From: a virus
Taxonomy: Duplodnaviria > Caudoviricetes
Strand: one strand, 5' to 3'
IMG/VR virus record: IMGVR_UViG_3300035180_002546
Coordinates: 1 to 46,236 of that record
DNA: 46,236 bases
Part shown: positions 18,525 to 31,800 of the stretch, one piece after another
Position numbering within the stretch: position 1 is the first letter of the stretch
How the letters are laid out: every line of letters starts with the position of its first letter
Translations under genes and position numbers: made by a program
The notes under the pieces: generated by a model
The model's input: only the letters and a program-made list of their open reading frames with translations
Databases searched by the model: none
Told to the model about the DNA's origin: nothing

Positions 18525-21032
18525 ATGGCATCCAATAGACTACAACTTCAACAACTCACCGATGAACCTCGAAAGCTTTCCATGAATTGGGCGGGGTATG
18601 TAAACTTTACAGATAAAACACTGTTACCTTCAAATGTACTTACTTTCCCCACAAAAAACTGTTTTATTCCGAGTAGGGATAAAGTGGTTGTTCGACAGGG
18701 ATCAAAACTACTTGGAGAACCACCGCTTTCTGTAACAAATAAACCAATTATTGGAAACCATAAGAAGTTTGCAACAGTATCAGGCTACGTTGTTGAGGTA
18801 CGTGTGACACAGGCCTTTGATGCCGACAATTTTGACATAATGGAGGTTCTTTTTCTTAATCCAACGACTCTCCGGTATGAATGGTTTACATTACAAGATT
18901 TAGAGGAAAACTCAGGTGGTCAAAGGTATTATTTTACTGAATGGTGGGATGAAGCTGAAAATATTGGCCGGCTTATAGCAGTAAATGGATCTCATAGAGC
19001 AATTACATGGTCCGGTGGCATTGCTCAAATATCAGCAGTAACCGGGTCAACGGTGAGTATTGCTTCTGGTACATGGGATGCACTTGGTTTTAGAAATGGT
19101 GCTGGTATTACAGTCAATGGAACTTCCTACACTATCCTAAGTGGCGTATCAACAAATACCCTCACACTTACTACCACATCCGGAATATCAGTTGGTGATA
19201 TCGCTACCGACATTCTCTCGGTTGGTGTGCTTGTAGATCCAGAGGGAAATAACATAAATGCAGATTACGTTGAAACGATTAAAAACCATGTATGCTATGG
19301 AAACTTTAAGAATCGGACTCTGTGGGGATCAAGTGCTTTTGATATCGTAGCTACTGCTATAGTAACTAATGTCCATACTTCAACAAACGATCTCGTAATC
19401 ACAAATGCAGATAACTATAATGAGACAACTGCCCATTCAGTAAAAATACAGATCAGTAAGGCAACTCCAGCATCAACAAGGGATTATTCAGGTTCAACTC
19501 CTACAAGTAACGTACCAGAATACGATAATGCTATTTTCGGCGGAACTTTTAATGGTCCAATCCGTGACACCATGACAGCGGTTGTTCTTAGTGGAGGTGA
19601 TGATGTAAATGTTTTTCTTAATGGGAGTTTATTGGGCACCTTTACTATGTCAGCTCATGACGTAAATTCCCCTATTACATTTGGTAATGGTGTGGAACTA
19701 TACTGGGCTCCATTTCCTTCAGGTACCCATGAGCCAGGAGATGGTTGGCAATATGTTATTGGAGGTGAAGAAGAATATGACTGGTATGTTGATAACGTGT
19801 TACAAACTACCGGCAATCTACTCAGTGATGGTCTCACTGCTTTTAATGTTGATTTTAGTTGGATAACCTCTTCATTTACTCATGCAGTAGGAGATTTTTG
19901 GGTTATTTCACTTGAGCCAGAGGTCCGTGATGCATATAGAAACTTTTACTACTCAGTACCTTCTCGAAAACCAGGACAAGGATTCAAAGTTACGCTCCCT
20001 TCAAACTTCTGGACAATGATTGTTCAGGAAGATGTTTTATATGTAAACGTCCAATCTGGAAAGTGGATATATCTTGAGCTTATCCTTTCAGCAGACTTGC
20101 TTTCTGAAAAAGTAAGCGTAGAACCTCTCAAGAGTAATAATACCCTACGGGCAATATATCCTTATATGATAGGCCATTTCGGTGACTATATCGGATTCGT
20201 TACCACGAATAAGATTCTCAAACTGATTGGACGTAAGAAATTCCTCCAACTTCCACAGTCAGCAAACCTCTCTGATCCCGTTCGACTCGATTTCATTTCG
20301 TGCTCATTTGAAAATGGAAGTATGGAAGAATGGGATGATAAATGGTTTATCTCTTCTCCTAATGAGCAAAAACTTCTGTGTTTTGACAATGCGAAAAAGT
20401 ACTGGCAGCCACCACAAGAAATACCAGAATGTGGAATGTTGAGTGTAGTCAATTTAAGTACTGATTTTGTTAATCATAGAAGAGGCTTCTATTGGAATAA
20501 TTCCCAAGAACCGAGTCCTGGCAGTAGTGACTATCTGATTGCTCATTCAGATATTAGAAATCTCACAAATACGTTGTTTGTCGGGACAAATGATAATGGA
20601 AATGCTTTTCAGGTGCGTATGCGTACTGGGTATTTGTCTTACTCAAGCCGCTGGGCAACCTCTGAATACACCATGACGTTTATTGAGGGATATATGCAAT
20701 CACTCTTTAATATCCATATGACTATACTTGCCGGTATTGAAGGAGGTGAGGGTATGTGGACACACCTTGTAGTACCGAAATTCTATCAAGGGAAGGATCG
20801 ATCCGTACTTGGAGGAGGCTCACTTGCGAGTCACGAGCTTGGAAGTGATACACCATTTAATAAAACATACTTCCGAGAGATATATCCTAAACCACCACAA
20901 GAGTTTTATTTCGCAGCAATCGACCTCTACTGCAATGATTTAGATCAAACGTGGTCATTGTTGGGGGTAGGAATGAACGCGGTTGACTCACGAACGAACA
21001 ATGAAAGCCTACTTAATGTACAAGAAGACTAA
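18525..21032 (+). CDS. Putative tail nozzle / DNA stabilisation protein (tubular protein B-like)
   Basis: 835 aa, beta-rich, in the podovirus position; C-terminal region FQVRMRTG..WSLLGVG. Confidence 0.55.
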   Translation: MASNRLQLQQLTDEPRKLSMNWAGYVNFTDKTLLPSNVLTFPTKNCFIPSRDKVVVRQGSKLLGEPPLSVTNKPIIGNHKKFATVSGYVVEVRVTQAFDADNFDIMEVLFLNPTTLRYEWFTLQDLEENSGGQRYYFTEWWDEAENIGRLIAVNGSHRAITWSGGIAQISAVTGSTVSIASGTWDALGFRNGAGITVNGTSYTILSGVSTNTLTLTTTSGISVGDIATDILSVGVLVDPEGNNINADYVETIKNHVCYGNFKNRTLWGSSAFDIVATAIVTNVHTSTNDLVITNADNYNETTAHSVKIQISKATPASTRDYSGSTPTSNVPEYDNAIFGGTFNGPIRDTMTAVVLSGGDDVNVFLNGSLLGTFTMSAHDVNSPITFGNGVELYWAPFPSGTHEPGDGWQYVIGGEEEYDWYVDNVLQTTGNLLSDGLTAFNVDFSWITSSFTHAVGDFWVISLEPEVRDAYRNFYYSVPSRKPGQGFKVTLPSNFWTMIVQEDVLYVNVQSGKWIYLELILSADLLSEKVSVEPLKSNNTLRAIYPYMIGHFGDYIGFVTTNKILKLIGRKKFLQLPQSANLSDPVRLDFISCSFENGSMEEWDDKWFISSPNEQKLLCFDNAKKYWQPPQEIPECGMLSVVNLSTDFVNHRRGFYWNNSQEPSPGSSDYLIAHSDIRNLTNTLFVGTNDNGNAFQVRMRTGYLSYSSRWATSEYTMTFIEGYMQSLFNIHMTILAGIEGGEGMWTHLVVPKFYQGKDRSVLGGGSLASHELGSDTPFNKTYFREIYPKPPQEFYFAAIDLYCNDLDQTWSLLGVGMNAVDSRTNNESLLNVQED

Positions 21033-21057
21033 TATTTAATAGAATATAAACAACACC

Positions 21058-24000
21058 ATGGCAACTATCGTCACCACATCATATAAAAATCCAGGAACAG
21101 TCATTGCAAACGGTCAAACAACCGGCAATGGGTGGTCAAACCCAAACAACATCCTCATCGTTGATGAAGCAGTTGCAGAGTCAAATCCTTCTGCGGCTTC
21201 AGATATCATCATTGGTAACTATCCTTTTTCAGTACCAACAAATGCTATTGTTACTGGTATTTCATTCCGTATCCGTGCGTATCGTGGAGCTCAAGTATCT
21301 CCAGACCCTACAATTACTATCTATGCGGTAAACAATGAGACTGGTGAAGATGTGTTCACACCGTACACTACTCCTCTTACTGGACTTACCCCAGATATTG
21401 AATGGTACGACCTTGGTGGTCCAACCTATTTGTTTGGTGAGACATGGACAGCTGAACAAATCAATAACCTTAAGATCCAATTGGTAGCGAACGCTGATAT
21501 CTATGTAGATGCAGTACCTGCTCGCGTTTCATACTATGTACCAGATCCTTCTCCAATACCTGATCCAGTTGGGGAAAACGGGGATAACTGTAACTCACAA
21601 GTACAGGCACTCCCGTTCTCACTTAAGCTTCCATTTAATGCCGGAGATACTGTGGTGTATTTCAATAGTTTCAACCTTCCAAATGGTCAGCCAATCGAAA
21701 ATACTGATCTCGGAGACTTTGGTGGGGCATTTGCCTTTACCGTAGAGCCTGGCGTAGCTGCTGGAAATGGAAATAGTTTTATGGAAAACTTTGCTGCTAT
21801 TAAGGCTGATGTGCAGGATGTAGAAAATGCAGTCAAATTTGATGTGCTATTCCGTGGTATCGACTTCGTAACACCCTTTGGTCCCAAGGTAGAAAATCAA
21901 TCAAACCACGGTGCTACTTCTGAGGTTATCCTTACCAACAACGGGTACTATGAAGACCGATGGCTCAAAAAGTGCCACATTGGCGTTCTTGTTTCAGCAC
22001 CTATTACTACTCAGGATGAGGGGGTAAATGTAAACACAGCTACTGAGAAGTTTAACTTCATTGGTCCCAATGTACAGGCAACCCAAGATGGTGTTGATCC
22101 AACAAAGGTAAATATCACTATTCTTAGCACCTCTACTATCACTACACCTACAAAAGAGGATGATGGAGTAGGTACAACTGGCCTTACGCAAGCTACAACC
22201 CTCACGATCCCACGTACTATCGTGGACGCAAACTACCTCCGAGTATGGATATCAACTGAAGATAACGCAATTACGAGCGTTACCGATAATGGAAATGCGA
22301 TGACACTTATTGTAAGTGAGTCAAATACTCCAGAAAACATGAAGGTAGCACTGTATGGCATTACCAATCCTACAGTAGGGACACATGACATAGTCGTTAC
22401 CATGGGCGTTAGTTCATATATTACGGCTGGATTTATCTCTTTCCTCGATGTAGATACAACAAGTCCAACTGACGGGGTATCTTCTGGAGCAATTGGATCA
22501 AGTACAGCACCTTCCGATACTGTTACCCCTACTATCAATAACACTGTTTTACAGGACGTAGTTGGTACAAAATCAAACCCAACAACATTTACTCAATCAG
22601 ATCCATGGTCTGTAGTGAGTCAACAAGCAAGTAGCGCTACTCGACTAGGTGCTTCAAGTCTCCGTACCGTTCTTATCCCAGGTGCTATAACTGATACATA
22701 CACGATCAGTCCAAGTGGTCCATGGGCAATGATTATTGCTGGAGTTCGGGGTGTTGTTGAGACTGTTTCTGCTACTGTACTTACAGACAATGACACAATT
22801 GAAGGTGATGGTACTACCGGAAATGAAATTACACTCAAAAAGGTATATACCGATGCAACACTTACTGGTCTCGGTACGGCGGCAAGCCCTCTTTCTGTAG
22901 TTGGAGGTGGATCTACAGGTGGTTCTGTAGTAGGTTCTTCTCTGGCGGTTGAACAGACAGTCGGAGGAATACCATCACTCTACAATTCTGCTCTTAATGT
23001 TAAGGCTTCTGCGATTACTACATCTCAAAGTGGCTCGGTGTTATTCACATATCAAAACAATACACTTGTACGTTTTGAACGTGATGCGGGAACAGGTCTA
23101 TTTGTTAGAACGCATGGTGTTAGTACTACCACATCAGGAGGTGGAGACAACTACCGTGGAGGTATTGCCTATGATGAGACTAATAACTTTGTCTATGTAC
23201 GAGGTGACAATGCGAGCTTCCAACGATACGACGCAGACGACCTAACAGGATACACTGCTCTTACAGGTACATTCCCTGGAGAGGATGGGGTATGTACAGG
23301 AGGCTCAAATACTGTCTTTGGATCATACTCAGCAACAGGTCCTATATATGGAATTAAGCGCTACACAATATCAGGGACAGTTGTTACCGATGCAGCAACG
23401 CTCACGGGTGCGTCATTTACTGACGACATCGTGGGTCTTGGATTTGATACTACATTAAGTACCCTGTACGTCATAACATCTGCAAATATCGTACAAGCGT
23501 ATGAGTATGCAGCGGATGTACTCACTTTTATTGATGAAAAGGATTATTCTGTCAATGCTCTTTCAACTCAAATTGGAGATCCAACACCAAGTAATGTGAT
23601 GAACGGCCTACCGTATGGTATCGGCTTCTTCAATAGCAACACCATTTACTTGTCGTATGAGTTTTCTACTGCATGGACAGAGGGTGGTACAGGAAGTGAT
23701 AACTCTGCAAACAGTAGTATTCTCCTTAAAGCATTTACACGTCCTGAAGACGCTCCCACCCCTTCGGCATCAACACGTGTCACCTTTACAGCAATTGCGG
23801 GGGAGGATATTGATGGGTCAACAGAACCAAAAGCAGTTTTCATCGGATACCAAGCAAACCAACAAGTCACGCAAGTTGCTACTGCGGCTGCAAACCCATT
23901 CAGCAATACATATGATGTACTCGACTACTCAAGTGGTATTTCTGGACATCCACAAGATGCAAACGGTAGAAGATTTGCATGGCAACTTACTCCTTCTCAT

Positions 24001-24663
24001 GACATGACCATCAATACTCTTGATATGATTGGTGACGGTGCAAGTGGTGTACATGGTGTTCTTACAGTCAAATTCGATACCGACAATACTGGAGAACCAA
24101 GCGGATCTCCGTTCTACACAGTTGTTACGCCAAGTCATCTATTTGCAATCAACGACAACGACACGGTATTTCGATTTGCTGATTCAGTCCAATTGCAAGG
24201 AGGAGTCACATACTGGTTGGATATTACATATTCAATGGATAGTACCTACACTCCAGCGACATCGTCACCAAATCAGACAACCATGCTTGAGTATGTGACT
24301 GGCGCGTGGACAACGGTTGCATTTAATAGTTTTGACATAACATTGAACTTTGTCCCATTCTCAGAGCAGGTATACCAATCTCTCACTGAACCAAGTGGTG
24401 GTGGAGCTAGTTCAGGTATATATGGCCGCTCACGCTTCATCGGATTTACTACCGACACCGTTTCAAAGGGTGATACTGTTACAATCATCCATGACGGACT
24501 TGTACCTGGATTTACAAGTCTTGGATCTGTAGAAGAAGGAAAGCTGTATCTTTCAAGTACAACTCCTGGTGTGGTAGTACCTGACAGTGGAACAACTATC
24601 ATTGGCCATCAGATTGATGGAACGTCTCTTACAATTGCTCGTAATAGCAGCCCATACCAATAA
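21058..24663 (+). CDS. Multidomain tail/receptor-binding protein
   Basis: 1201 aa, T/S/G-rich. Contains DEGV..KFNFIG and GDGTTGN/GLGTAASPLSV fibre motifs and a propeller-like central region. Confidence 0.65.
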   Translation: MATIVTTSYKNPGTVIANGQTTGNGWSNPNNILIVDEAVAESNPSAASDIIIGNYPFSVPTNAIVTGISFRIRAYRGAQVSPDPTITIYAVNNETGEDVFTPYTTPLTGLTPDIEWYDLGGPTYLFGETWTAEQINNLKIQLVANADIYVDAVPARVSYYVPDPSPIPDPVGENGDNCNSQVQALPFSLKLPFNAGDTVVYFNSFNLPNGQPIENTDLGDFGGAFAFTVEPGVAAGNGNSFMENFAAIKADVQDVENAVKFDVLFRGIDFVTPFGPKVENQSNHGATSEVILTNNGYYEDRWLKKCHIGVLVSAPITTQDEGVNVNTATEKFNFIGPNVQATQDGVDPTKVNITILSTSTITTPTKEDDGVGTTGLTQATTLTIPRTIVDANYLRVWISTEDNAITSVTDNGNAMTLIVSESNTPENMKVALYGITNPTVGTHDIVVTMGVSSYITAGFISFLDVDTTSPTDGVSSGAIGSSTAPSDTVTPTINNTVLQDVVGTKSNPTTFTQSDPWSVVSQQASSATRLGASSLRTVLIPGAITDTYTISPSGPWAMIIAGVRGVVETVSATVLTDNDTIEGDGTTGNEITLKKVYTDATLTGLGTAASPLSVVGGGSTGGSVVGSSLAVEQTVGGIPSLYNSALNVKASAITTSQSGSVLFTYQNNTLVRFERDAGTGLFVRTHGVSTTTSGGGDNYRGGIAYDETNNFVYVRGDNASFQRYDADDLTGYTALTGTFPGEDGVCTGGSNTVFGSYSATGPIYGIKRYTISGTVVTDAATLTGASFTDDIVGLGFDTTLSTLYVITSANIVQAYEYAADVLTFIDEKDYSVNALSTQIGDPTPSNVMNGLPYGIGFFNSNTIYLSYEFSTAWTEGGTGSDNSANSSILLKAFTRPEDAPTPSASTRVTFTAIAGEDIDGSTEPKAVFIGYQANQQVTQVATAAANPFSNTYDVLDYSSGISGHPQDANGRRFAWQLTPSHDMTINTLDMIGDGASGVHGVLTVKFDTDNTGEPSGSPFYTVVTPSHLFAINDNDTVFRFADSVQLQGGVTYWLDITYSMDSTYTPATSSPNQTTMLEYVTGAWTTVAFNSFDITLNFVPFSEQVYQSLTEPSGGGASSGIYGRSRFIGFTTDTVSKGDTVTIIHDGLVPGFTSLGSVEEGKLYLSSTTPGVVVPDSGTTIIGHQIDGTSLTIARNSSPYQ

Positions 24664-24668
24664 TCTAT

Positions 24669-25868
24669 ATGCAGTACACTCCAATCACAGACCCGAATGC
24701 AACACCTCAGTATGGCCAAAGTGGTCCACAAGTAATTACAGCTCAAGCAAAATATAACCAGGATAACGCCGATGGTATCAAAAACGGTACCGTTACCCCT
24801 CTTGCAACAGATGGTATGTATGGTCCAAAGACTCAGGCTGCACTTTTAGGAGATCGACAAATGGTAAATGACAGTAGTAAGGCAATGTCTGGCTACAATA
24901 ATGCATCTCTCGCCCTCGATCAACACCTTGCCGGCCTTGCCACTCCAACTACGCCTACAGACGCCAAGAAGACCACTACTGATAGTAAAGATATCAATGC
25001 AGGAAACTACTCAGATGCATATACACAAGGCTTACAAGGTATCTCAGACCGTTCTAATGCATCTACAAAAAGCATGATTGCCACTCTTCAGGCTCAACAT
25101 CAAAATGAAGTAAATGCTATTGATAAGAATTACGACCTCTACTCTCGCGGTATGCAGCTTTTGGGTATTGAAAATGGTTCTGCACAATTCACCCCAGAGC
25201 TTCTCAAAGGACAACTTCTTGAGATAAAGAACCAGCGTCTTTCAAAGATCAGTGACCTCGATCAAAAACTCAATACAGCCGTTATGACAGCTGAAAATGC
25301 ACGCGCTGATAAGGAATTTAGCGTTATGAAGGAGCAAATGGATTACGTCAGACAGCTCAAGCAAGATAAGGCTCAAGCGGTCAAAGATCTGGCAAGTGGT
25401 GATCAAGACCTTATGAAGAAGGCTGATTTCTTTGGCAATGAAATTTATGACGCAATTTCAGGACTCAGTGGCGCACAAAAAACAGCAGCACTCACAAAAC
25501 TCAGTACGGAACTTGGTATACCTGTGGCCTATCTTCTTGGAGCAGCAGCAAGTACTAGACAGGATCGTATCAAAAAGACTTCTAGTAGTAGCTCTACATC
25601 AACAGCGAGTAAGAAAACAGCTATCACCAACATCACCAATCGACTCAATAGCCGAACTCCAGACTCAAAAGGATACTCAGTGAGAGGAAAGGATAACTAT
25701 GTTGATCCAGATGAGTATCTCAGTATGTATAAACAATGGTCAGATGCAGGGTATACTGACAAAGAGTGGCTCTCACAATTCCCGGCTAAAACATACATAA
25801 ACCCAGCTTCATACGGACTCTTGCCAGAAAATATGAAACCAAAGACCACCGCAGCACGAAAAGGATAA
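24669..25868 (+). CDS. Putative ejection (internal virion) protein with a peptidoglycan-binding-like motif
   Basis: LATDGMYGPKTQAAL (PG_binding_1-like) followed by a helical Q/A-rich body. Confidence 0.55.
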   Translation: MQYTPITDPNATPQYGQSGPQVITAQAKYNQDNADGIKNGTVTPLATDGMYGPKTQAALLGDRQMVNDSSKAMSGYNNASLALDQHLAGLATPTTPTDAKKTTTDSKDINAGNYSDAYTQGLQGISDRSNASTKSMIATLQAQHQNEVNAIDKNYDLYSRGMQLLGIENGSAQFTPELLKGQLLEIKNQRLSKISDLDQKLNTAVMTAENARADKEFSVMKEQMDYVRQLKQDKAQAVKDLASGDQDLMKKADFFGNEIYDAISGLSGAQKTAALTKLSTELGIPVAYLLGAAASTRQDRIKKTSSSSSTSTASKKTAITNITNRLNSRTPDSKGYSVRGKDNYVDPDEYLSMYKQWSDAGYTDKEWLSQFPAKTYINPASYGLLPENMKPKTTAARKG

Positions 25869-25880
25869 TATCAAATCAAA

Positions 25881-28800
25881 ATGCCATTCAATATATTCAC
25901 CGGACAAGATGATACAGTAACGAAAGAACCTTCATCCGGGAGTCATTTTGATATCTTTTCAGGGGAAAGCACAGCGGAGCAGCCTACTAAGCAACGCCCA
26001 AGTCTTGATAGAACTGGATTCTTTTCTTCTCCAAATCTACTAAAAGCGGATAGTGCTGTTTCAAATGTTGTAAGTCGATTAGTTGGAAAGTTCAAACAAG
26101 GGTTTAAGGTACCAGATACATCCTTAGCTCCTATTGTAAATGAGGCAAAAGACTTTGCTTCTACAGTCAAAGATACTGCTATAAATATAGGTAATAACGT
26201 GATTGAAGGGGTAAAACACCCTTTGGCTCGACTTGAATCAGTAGCTCCTGATATTACAAAAGTATTAAATCTCAATCAGCAATTTACACCTGAACAACAA
26301 GCCTATGAAAAAGATAAGTTTATAAACGCCGTAATTGGCTTTACTGGAAATGCAGATTTCAGCGCAGGCGCCATATCTGGTAGTAAAATTCCTAAACCAA
26401 TTCTTGATTTCTTTGCAAAAGAATCAAATCCAGAAGTCATTAGTACGGCTATACAAAAGACGTTTAAGCTTGATCCAATCCTTGCCGATGAAGTTAGTGT
26501 TGGCCTTTCAAAAGCAAAGACCGCTTCAGAAGTAAAACAAGCCCTGCTTGAGTTTAGAACATCTACTCCTACTGCATCTGTAGTGCCTGAAATTGCCGGA
26601 GTCCCATCAAAACAAGAGGCAAAATCAGTCGTTTCCCGTGTAGTAGAGGAAGTAAAAGCTACGGTACCAGCAGAACCTATTGCGAAAACACCTGTAGTAC
26701 CTAAAGAAGATGCACTCACTACTGAAGCTCGTAAGTATAAGAGTGCGGAGGAGTTCGTTGCTTCTCAAAGAAAAATGTATAGAGGTACTGCGACTCCTCA
26801 ATCAGGTGATCTTGATGTTGCAAATACATACGGTCTTGCTTATGGAAAGGGTGCATATCTTGCTTCTGAAGAGTCTTTTGCAAAGCAATATGGAAATAAT
26901 ATATCAGAACTCTATCCAGTTCTTAAAAAACCTTTTGCAATGGATAAAGAAGTTTCCCCACAATTTCTTGTTCAATTTAAGAAAGATTTCCCTTCATATA
27001 ATGAAAAATACGGTACGACAGGTGAAGACATTCATTCATTCTTGCAACAAGATGATGCAAATGAATATCTGCAAAAGCATGGATATGATGGACTTATTGA
27101 TGCTGCAAGTGAAGGGTCAAAGCAAACAATCGTCTTTGATCCAAAGAATATAAAAACAAAATCCCAACTCATAGATATCTACAACAAAGCAGTAGGAGAG
27201 ACTAAACCAAAGCTTCAAGTCTCAGAAGACCAAAATCTTATAACACAACACAATATATCTGAGAGAAAACTTCTATACGCACATGAAAAGGGTGGTCTTC
27301 CTGTTCCTAGTCTCGCTATTGCAAATAAAAATACACCACTAACAAACTTTGGTGAAATTACCCTTATTGGAGATAAGCAAATGATTGATCCTTCAGAGAA
27401 GGAGAACAAGGTATTTAATGCCGATGTATATTCAAAACGCTTTCCTCGACTTGAGACTACTGTAAAGTCAATGGATCCAGTACAAAAAGTTATTGATGAA
27501 ACGAAGGACTATTTCACAAACCTTGACCTTCCAGAATGGATAAACTATGACAAGGCAACTTCAATACAGTCAAATATTCAGGATGAAGGTATTGATGGAA
27601 TGAAAAGAGACTTTGCTGTTCAAAGAGCTTTTGCAGCAAAGAACGAAATATCACCTACTTCTACCTCAACAGAGATTGAAGACTATGTAAACAATAAAGA
27701 AAATCGGGCACGATATCAGTCTTTTGTAGAAGATCTTTATAAACAGATAGTACCATCTGAAAGAATATTTAAAGGTTTTACTTATTCAGGTCGCCGACGT
27801 TACTCTCCTGCTACTATAGAAAACATCATTAAAGAGATGAAAGGGGCAGTAAAAGATACAGAAGGTTTCAACTATGGGGTCGCTTCTATTCGCGCATCTC
27901 AAGCAAAACAGTTTAAAACACTTGATTCAATTCTTAAAAACAGAGGAAAAATTGTCTCAGAGAATGACATGGAGCTGATTAAAGATGGCTTCGATAGGGA
28001 ATTTAATGAACTACTAGATACATATGATATCTCAGATCTATCTACATTTACTGAAAATCTTAAAGATTTTTTGAAAGGAAAAATCCGTCTATCGGAATTC
28101 AAGCAATACACCGGTATCTCAGATGAGGGGGCTAGTGCGTTTGTACAATTTGCAAAACAACTCAAAGAAGCACCTACAGAGTATTTTGAAGTAAAAAAAC
28201 AGAGGCTTGTTGGAATTGGTGAATTTAAAACCGCAGTAGTACCAAATGATATATCTATAAATGCTAGAAAAGTACTTGAAGATCAAGGCATTGAAATTGT
28301 TGAGTATGATCCTCAAATAAAAGGCGATAGAGAAATAAAGATTAAAGATGCTGCCGATAAAAATAATATCGCATTTAGAAAGGGTGTAAATGAATTCTCA
28401 GATGGTATTACTCCACAAGAAGCGGAAGCAAAAATCCGTGAGCTTTTTGACGATCATGAAGTTCAACTCATTACAGGAGAAGATATTGGTTCTCTTATCA
28501 AAATGGATGACTCAGAGAGCATACTACGAGGTTTTCACCAGCCAAAGCGCGTTATTGCAGATCTTATTGGTCTTGTAGAGAGAGATGGAAAGGTATCCAA
28601 CTCAACCCTATACCATGAGTCATTTCACGCATACATGGAGAATTTTGTAGCACCCGCTGAAAAAGCCAATGTAATTAAGTACATAATGGAAAATAAGGTT
28701 ACAAATGCTGCAATGAGAGTGAAGTACTCAGATAAGAACTACCCTACTCTTGAAGAGAAGGCAGAGGAGTGGCTTGCAGATGATTTTGCTAATTTTGTAA

Positions 28801-31800
28801 AAACTGGCAATGCAGATGCGCCCCTCAGAAATTTCTTCCAGCGTATTCTTGATCGTATTCGCAAATGGATCAGAGGTATAGGAAAGCTGGATGATCTGTA
28901 TGAACGCATACTGAAAAAAGATCGTTCAACAGTAAATCCAAAGACTGCTTCAAAGAAACCCTCCATGTCAGTTGATGGTGAAAAAACACCGCAAGAAATT
29001 CTTGCTGAGGCAGAGGCGAGTGCAAAAAAACCAGGTGGACAACAGGATCGACTACGGGGACTCGCTGAAATAGCACGCAATAGTGACACCTATGAGGACT
29101 TTATCTATAACATTTCAAATAACTCTCTTCTTAAAGAGTGGCGTGCTGATGTGCAGGAATCAGGATTCAACCATTTTGCTAACTTCTACAAAACACAGAA
29201 ATCTCTTAAAGAAGGTGTTGCTCCTGTAATATCGAAGCCTATTGCAAAATCAGTTGCTCAAGTTATAGAAGAGTCTCCTTCACTTATTACCACCCCTGAA
29301 ATCAAAGTAGAATCTGCTCGATCAGTTCCAGAGAGTAAGATACAGCTATCCCCAGAACTTCAAAAGATGAGCGATGAGATCAGTATTAGAAAAGATAGTC
29401 TTGAAGGGTTCTCTCAAGGACTTCCTATTGGAGATCTTCAAAAGTATGTGATGACTTCAGGTGATATGGAAGGTCGTTTTCCTGAGGTAACAGGAACTGA
29501 TACCGCTTCATACCTTGCTGATATTAAAAAACGTCTCGCTTCTCCGAAACTCAAAAACAAAGATACAATCAAAAACCTTCAAAATATCCTTGATTTTGCA
29601 AAGAATGGCGATGCAATAGTTACTGAATATGGTTTTAACAGTGTTGAGGATGCCACTGATGCATTTGAAAAATACACTCAAGAGAAAAATGCTATACGTG
29701 ATCTTGAAAAAGAGTATCGTATGAAAAAGAGAGAGTTTATCGCTGAAGAACGCGACCGATACGCAATTGAAGGTATTGTAACTAAGCAGGAAAAGCTTGA
29801 TGCACTTAGAAAAGTTGAAGCAATTCTCCGAGAAGAGGGTAGAAATAGAGCCCAAAAGATCAAAGCAATTGCTGATCACTTTAAGATCCCGGATAGTCAA
29901 ATGAAGAAGATAGTTGGTACAAAAGATTTCAGACTTCTTAGTGATAAAGACTTTGAAAACCTGCTCAAAAAGGTACAGGGTATGGCCTATGATGAAGCAC
30001 AGCTCACAGAGGCGCGACTTATGGTCCAACAGACTATTGATGCAAAGGATCTAAAGAAAGTTGAAAACCTCCGACAAGCAATGAAACTTCCAAAGATTGA
30101 GAATATGAGCCTTAAGCAGCTTGATGAGTTTGATACTCTTCTCAATTCGTTTGAAATGGGAGATGAATTTCTTGGTATTCGACAACTTGAAACCCTCAAA
30201 AATACTGATATAGCAGATATCCATACAAAACGTGAAGCACTTGAGTCTCTCGCAAAGAGTACTGGATCTACGGTTGCAGATCTCCAAGACATTAAGATAA
30301 ATTGGCTCAATAAGTTTGAGTCTGGTACTTCTCTTGCCCGCCAAAACCCATTCTTTGAACGTATGGTAATGGATACGAATGCTGCAAAAATAAGTGCCGG
30401 TATTCGCTTCCATGAGTTCAAAAATGAACTTAACCAACTTCTTATCAATGCACGAAAAACACGATCCCGTGGTCTTGTTGATAGACTTGTACCAACTGAT
30501 GAACTGATATTCAGATGGCTTGAGGCAAGTGATAAAGAGGCAGTAGCAAAAACTATGACTCCACAAGAGATACAAGCTGCTCAATTTATACAGAAAAAAT
30601 ATGCAGAAATACGTGACTATCTTGTAGAACAGGGCGTACTCAAAAAGTATCGGGAGAACTATATCACCCATATTAGAAGAGGTTTTCTTGAAGCACTGAA
30701 GGATGGTGGTCCATTTAGAGGGTTCAAAAATGCTATAAAAGAGCTATTTGATAACTATAAAATGGAGGAAGCAAACTTCAATATCCTCAATGATCAAACA
30801 GGTGAAATCCTCCCGCTTGAGAAGTTTTTCAAGTACTCAATGGCACGATCAGATAAACTGATTCCATCAAAAAATGTTGCAAAGGCCGTAATGAATTACG
30901 TCCGAACATTTGAAACTAAAGTAGCACTTGACTCAATTGTTCCAAAGATTGATGTGTATGCTCACGCCCTTACCCCAGGACGTATGACTCCCCGTGGTCT
31001 TGAGTATGATTCCTCTATCAAGCGGTTTGTAAAACAATGGTTGAATACTCAAAAAGGACGTCCGGTCGATATAGGATTTATCAAAGCAGGGGATAAGCTT
31101 GATTGGGCTATCCGAAGTGGTGTTGCGCTCACTCGCGTGCTCGATCTTGCCCTTAATATACCTGTTGGACTTGCTTCAAATGTTGGTGAACAGGTTATGA
31201 CATTTACTGAGCTTGGTGCTAAACAGTATGCAAAAGGACTAGCTCGATCTCTCTCAACCCAAGGGAAGCTCATCATTAAACACTATGAAACCATGGTTGG
31301 TGAGACGCTCTGGACACGACTCTCTGACACCTCTAAGGATATAGGGGATAAGTTCACTGAAACATTCTTCTCACTGTTTAGTATTGCAGCACGAAAAGCA
31401 AACGTAGTGGAATTTCTAGGAATGCTCTCGCCTGAAGAGTTTAAGACAGGGGTTATTTCATCTCAACGTCTTGCCGAAATGAAAAATGCTATGGGCAAAT
31501 GGCGTGCTGTAGAAGATGCTCCGGGATCTCTATTGGGTAAAACGGCTATTGGCTCTGTGTTCAAACAGTACAAATCCTGGGCGTACCCTATTGCAAGTAC
31601 CACACGAAATAACATTAAGGTCCTTATAAAAATGGCAAAGGAAGGTAAAAACCCTACCAATAGTAAGGAATTTGCTGAACTCTTACGCGTAACTCTTGCC
31701 ACCGCCGCGATCCTCCTTGTTTCATACGGAGCATATAAAAAGCTTGATTCGACCAAGAGCCGCACATTTATGGAAAATCTCGCCTACAAATCAATGGGAG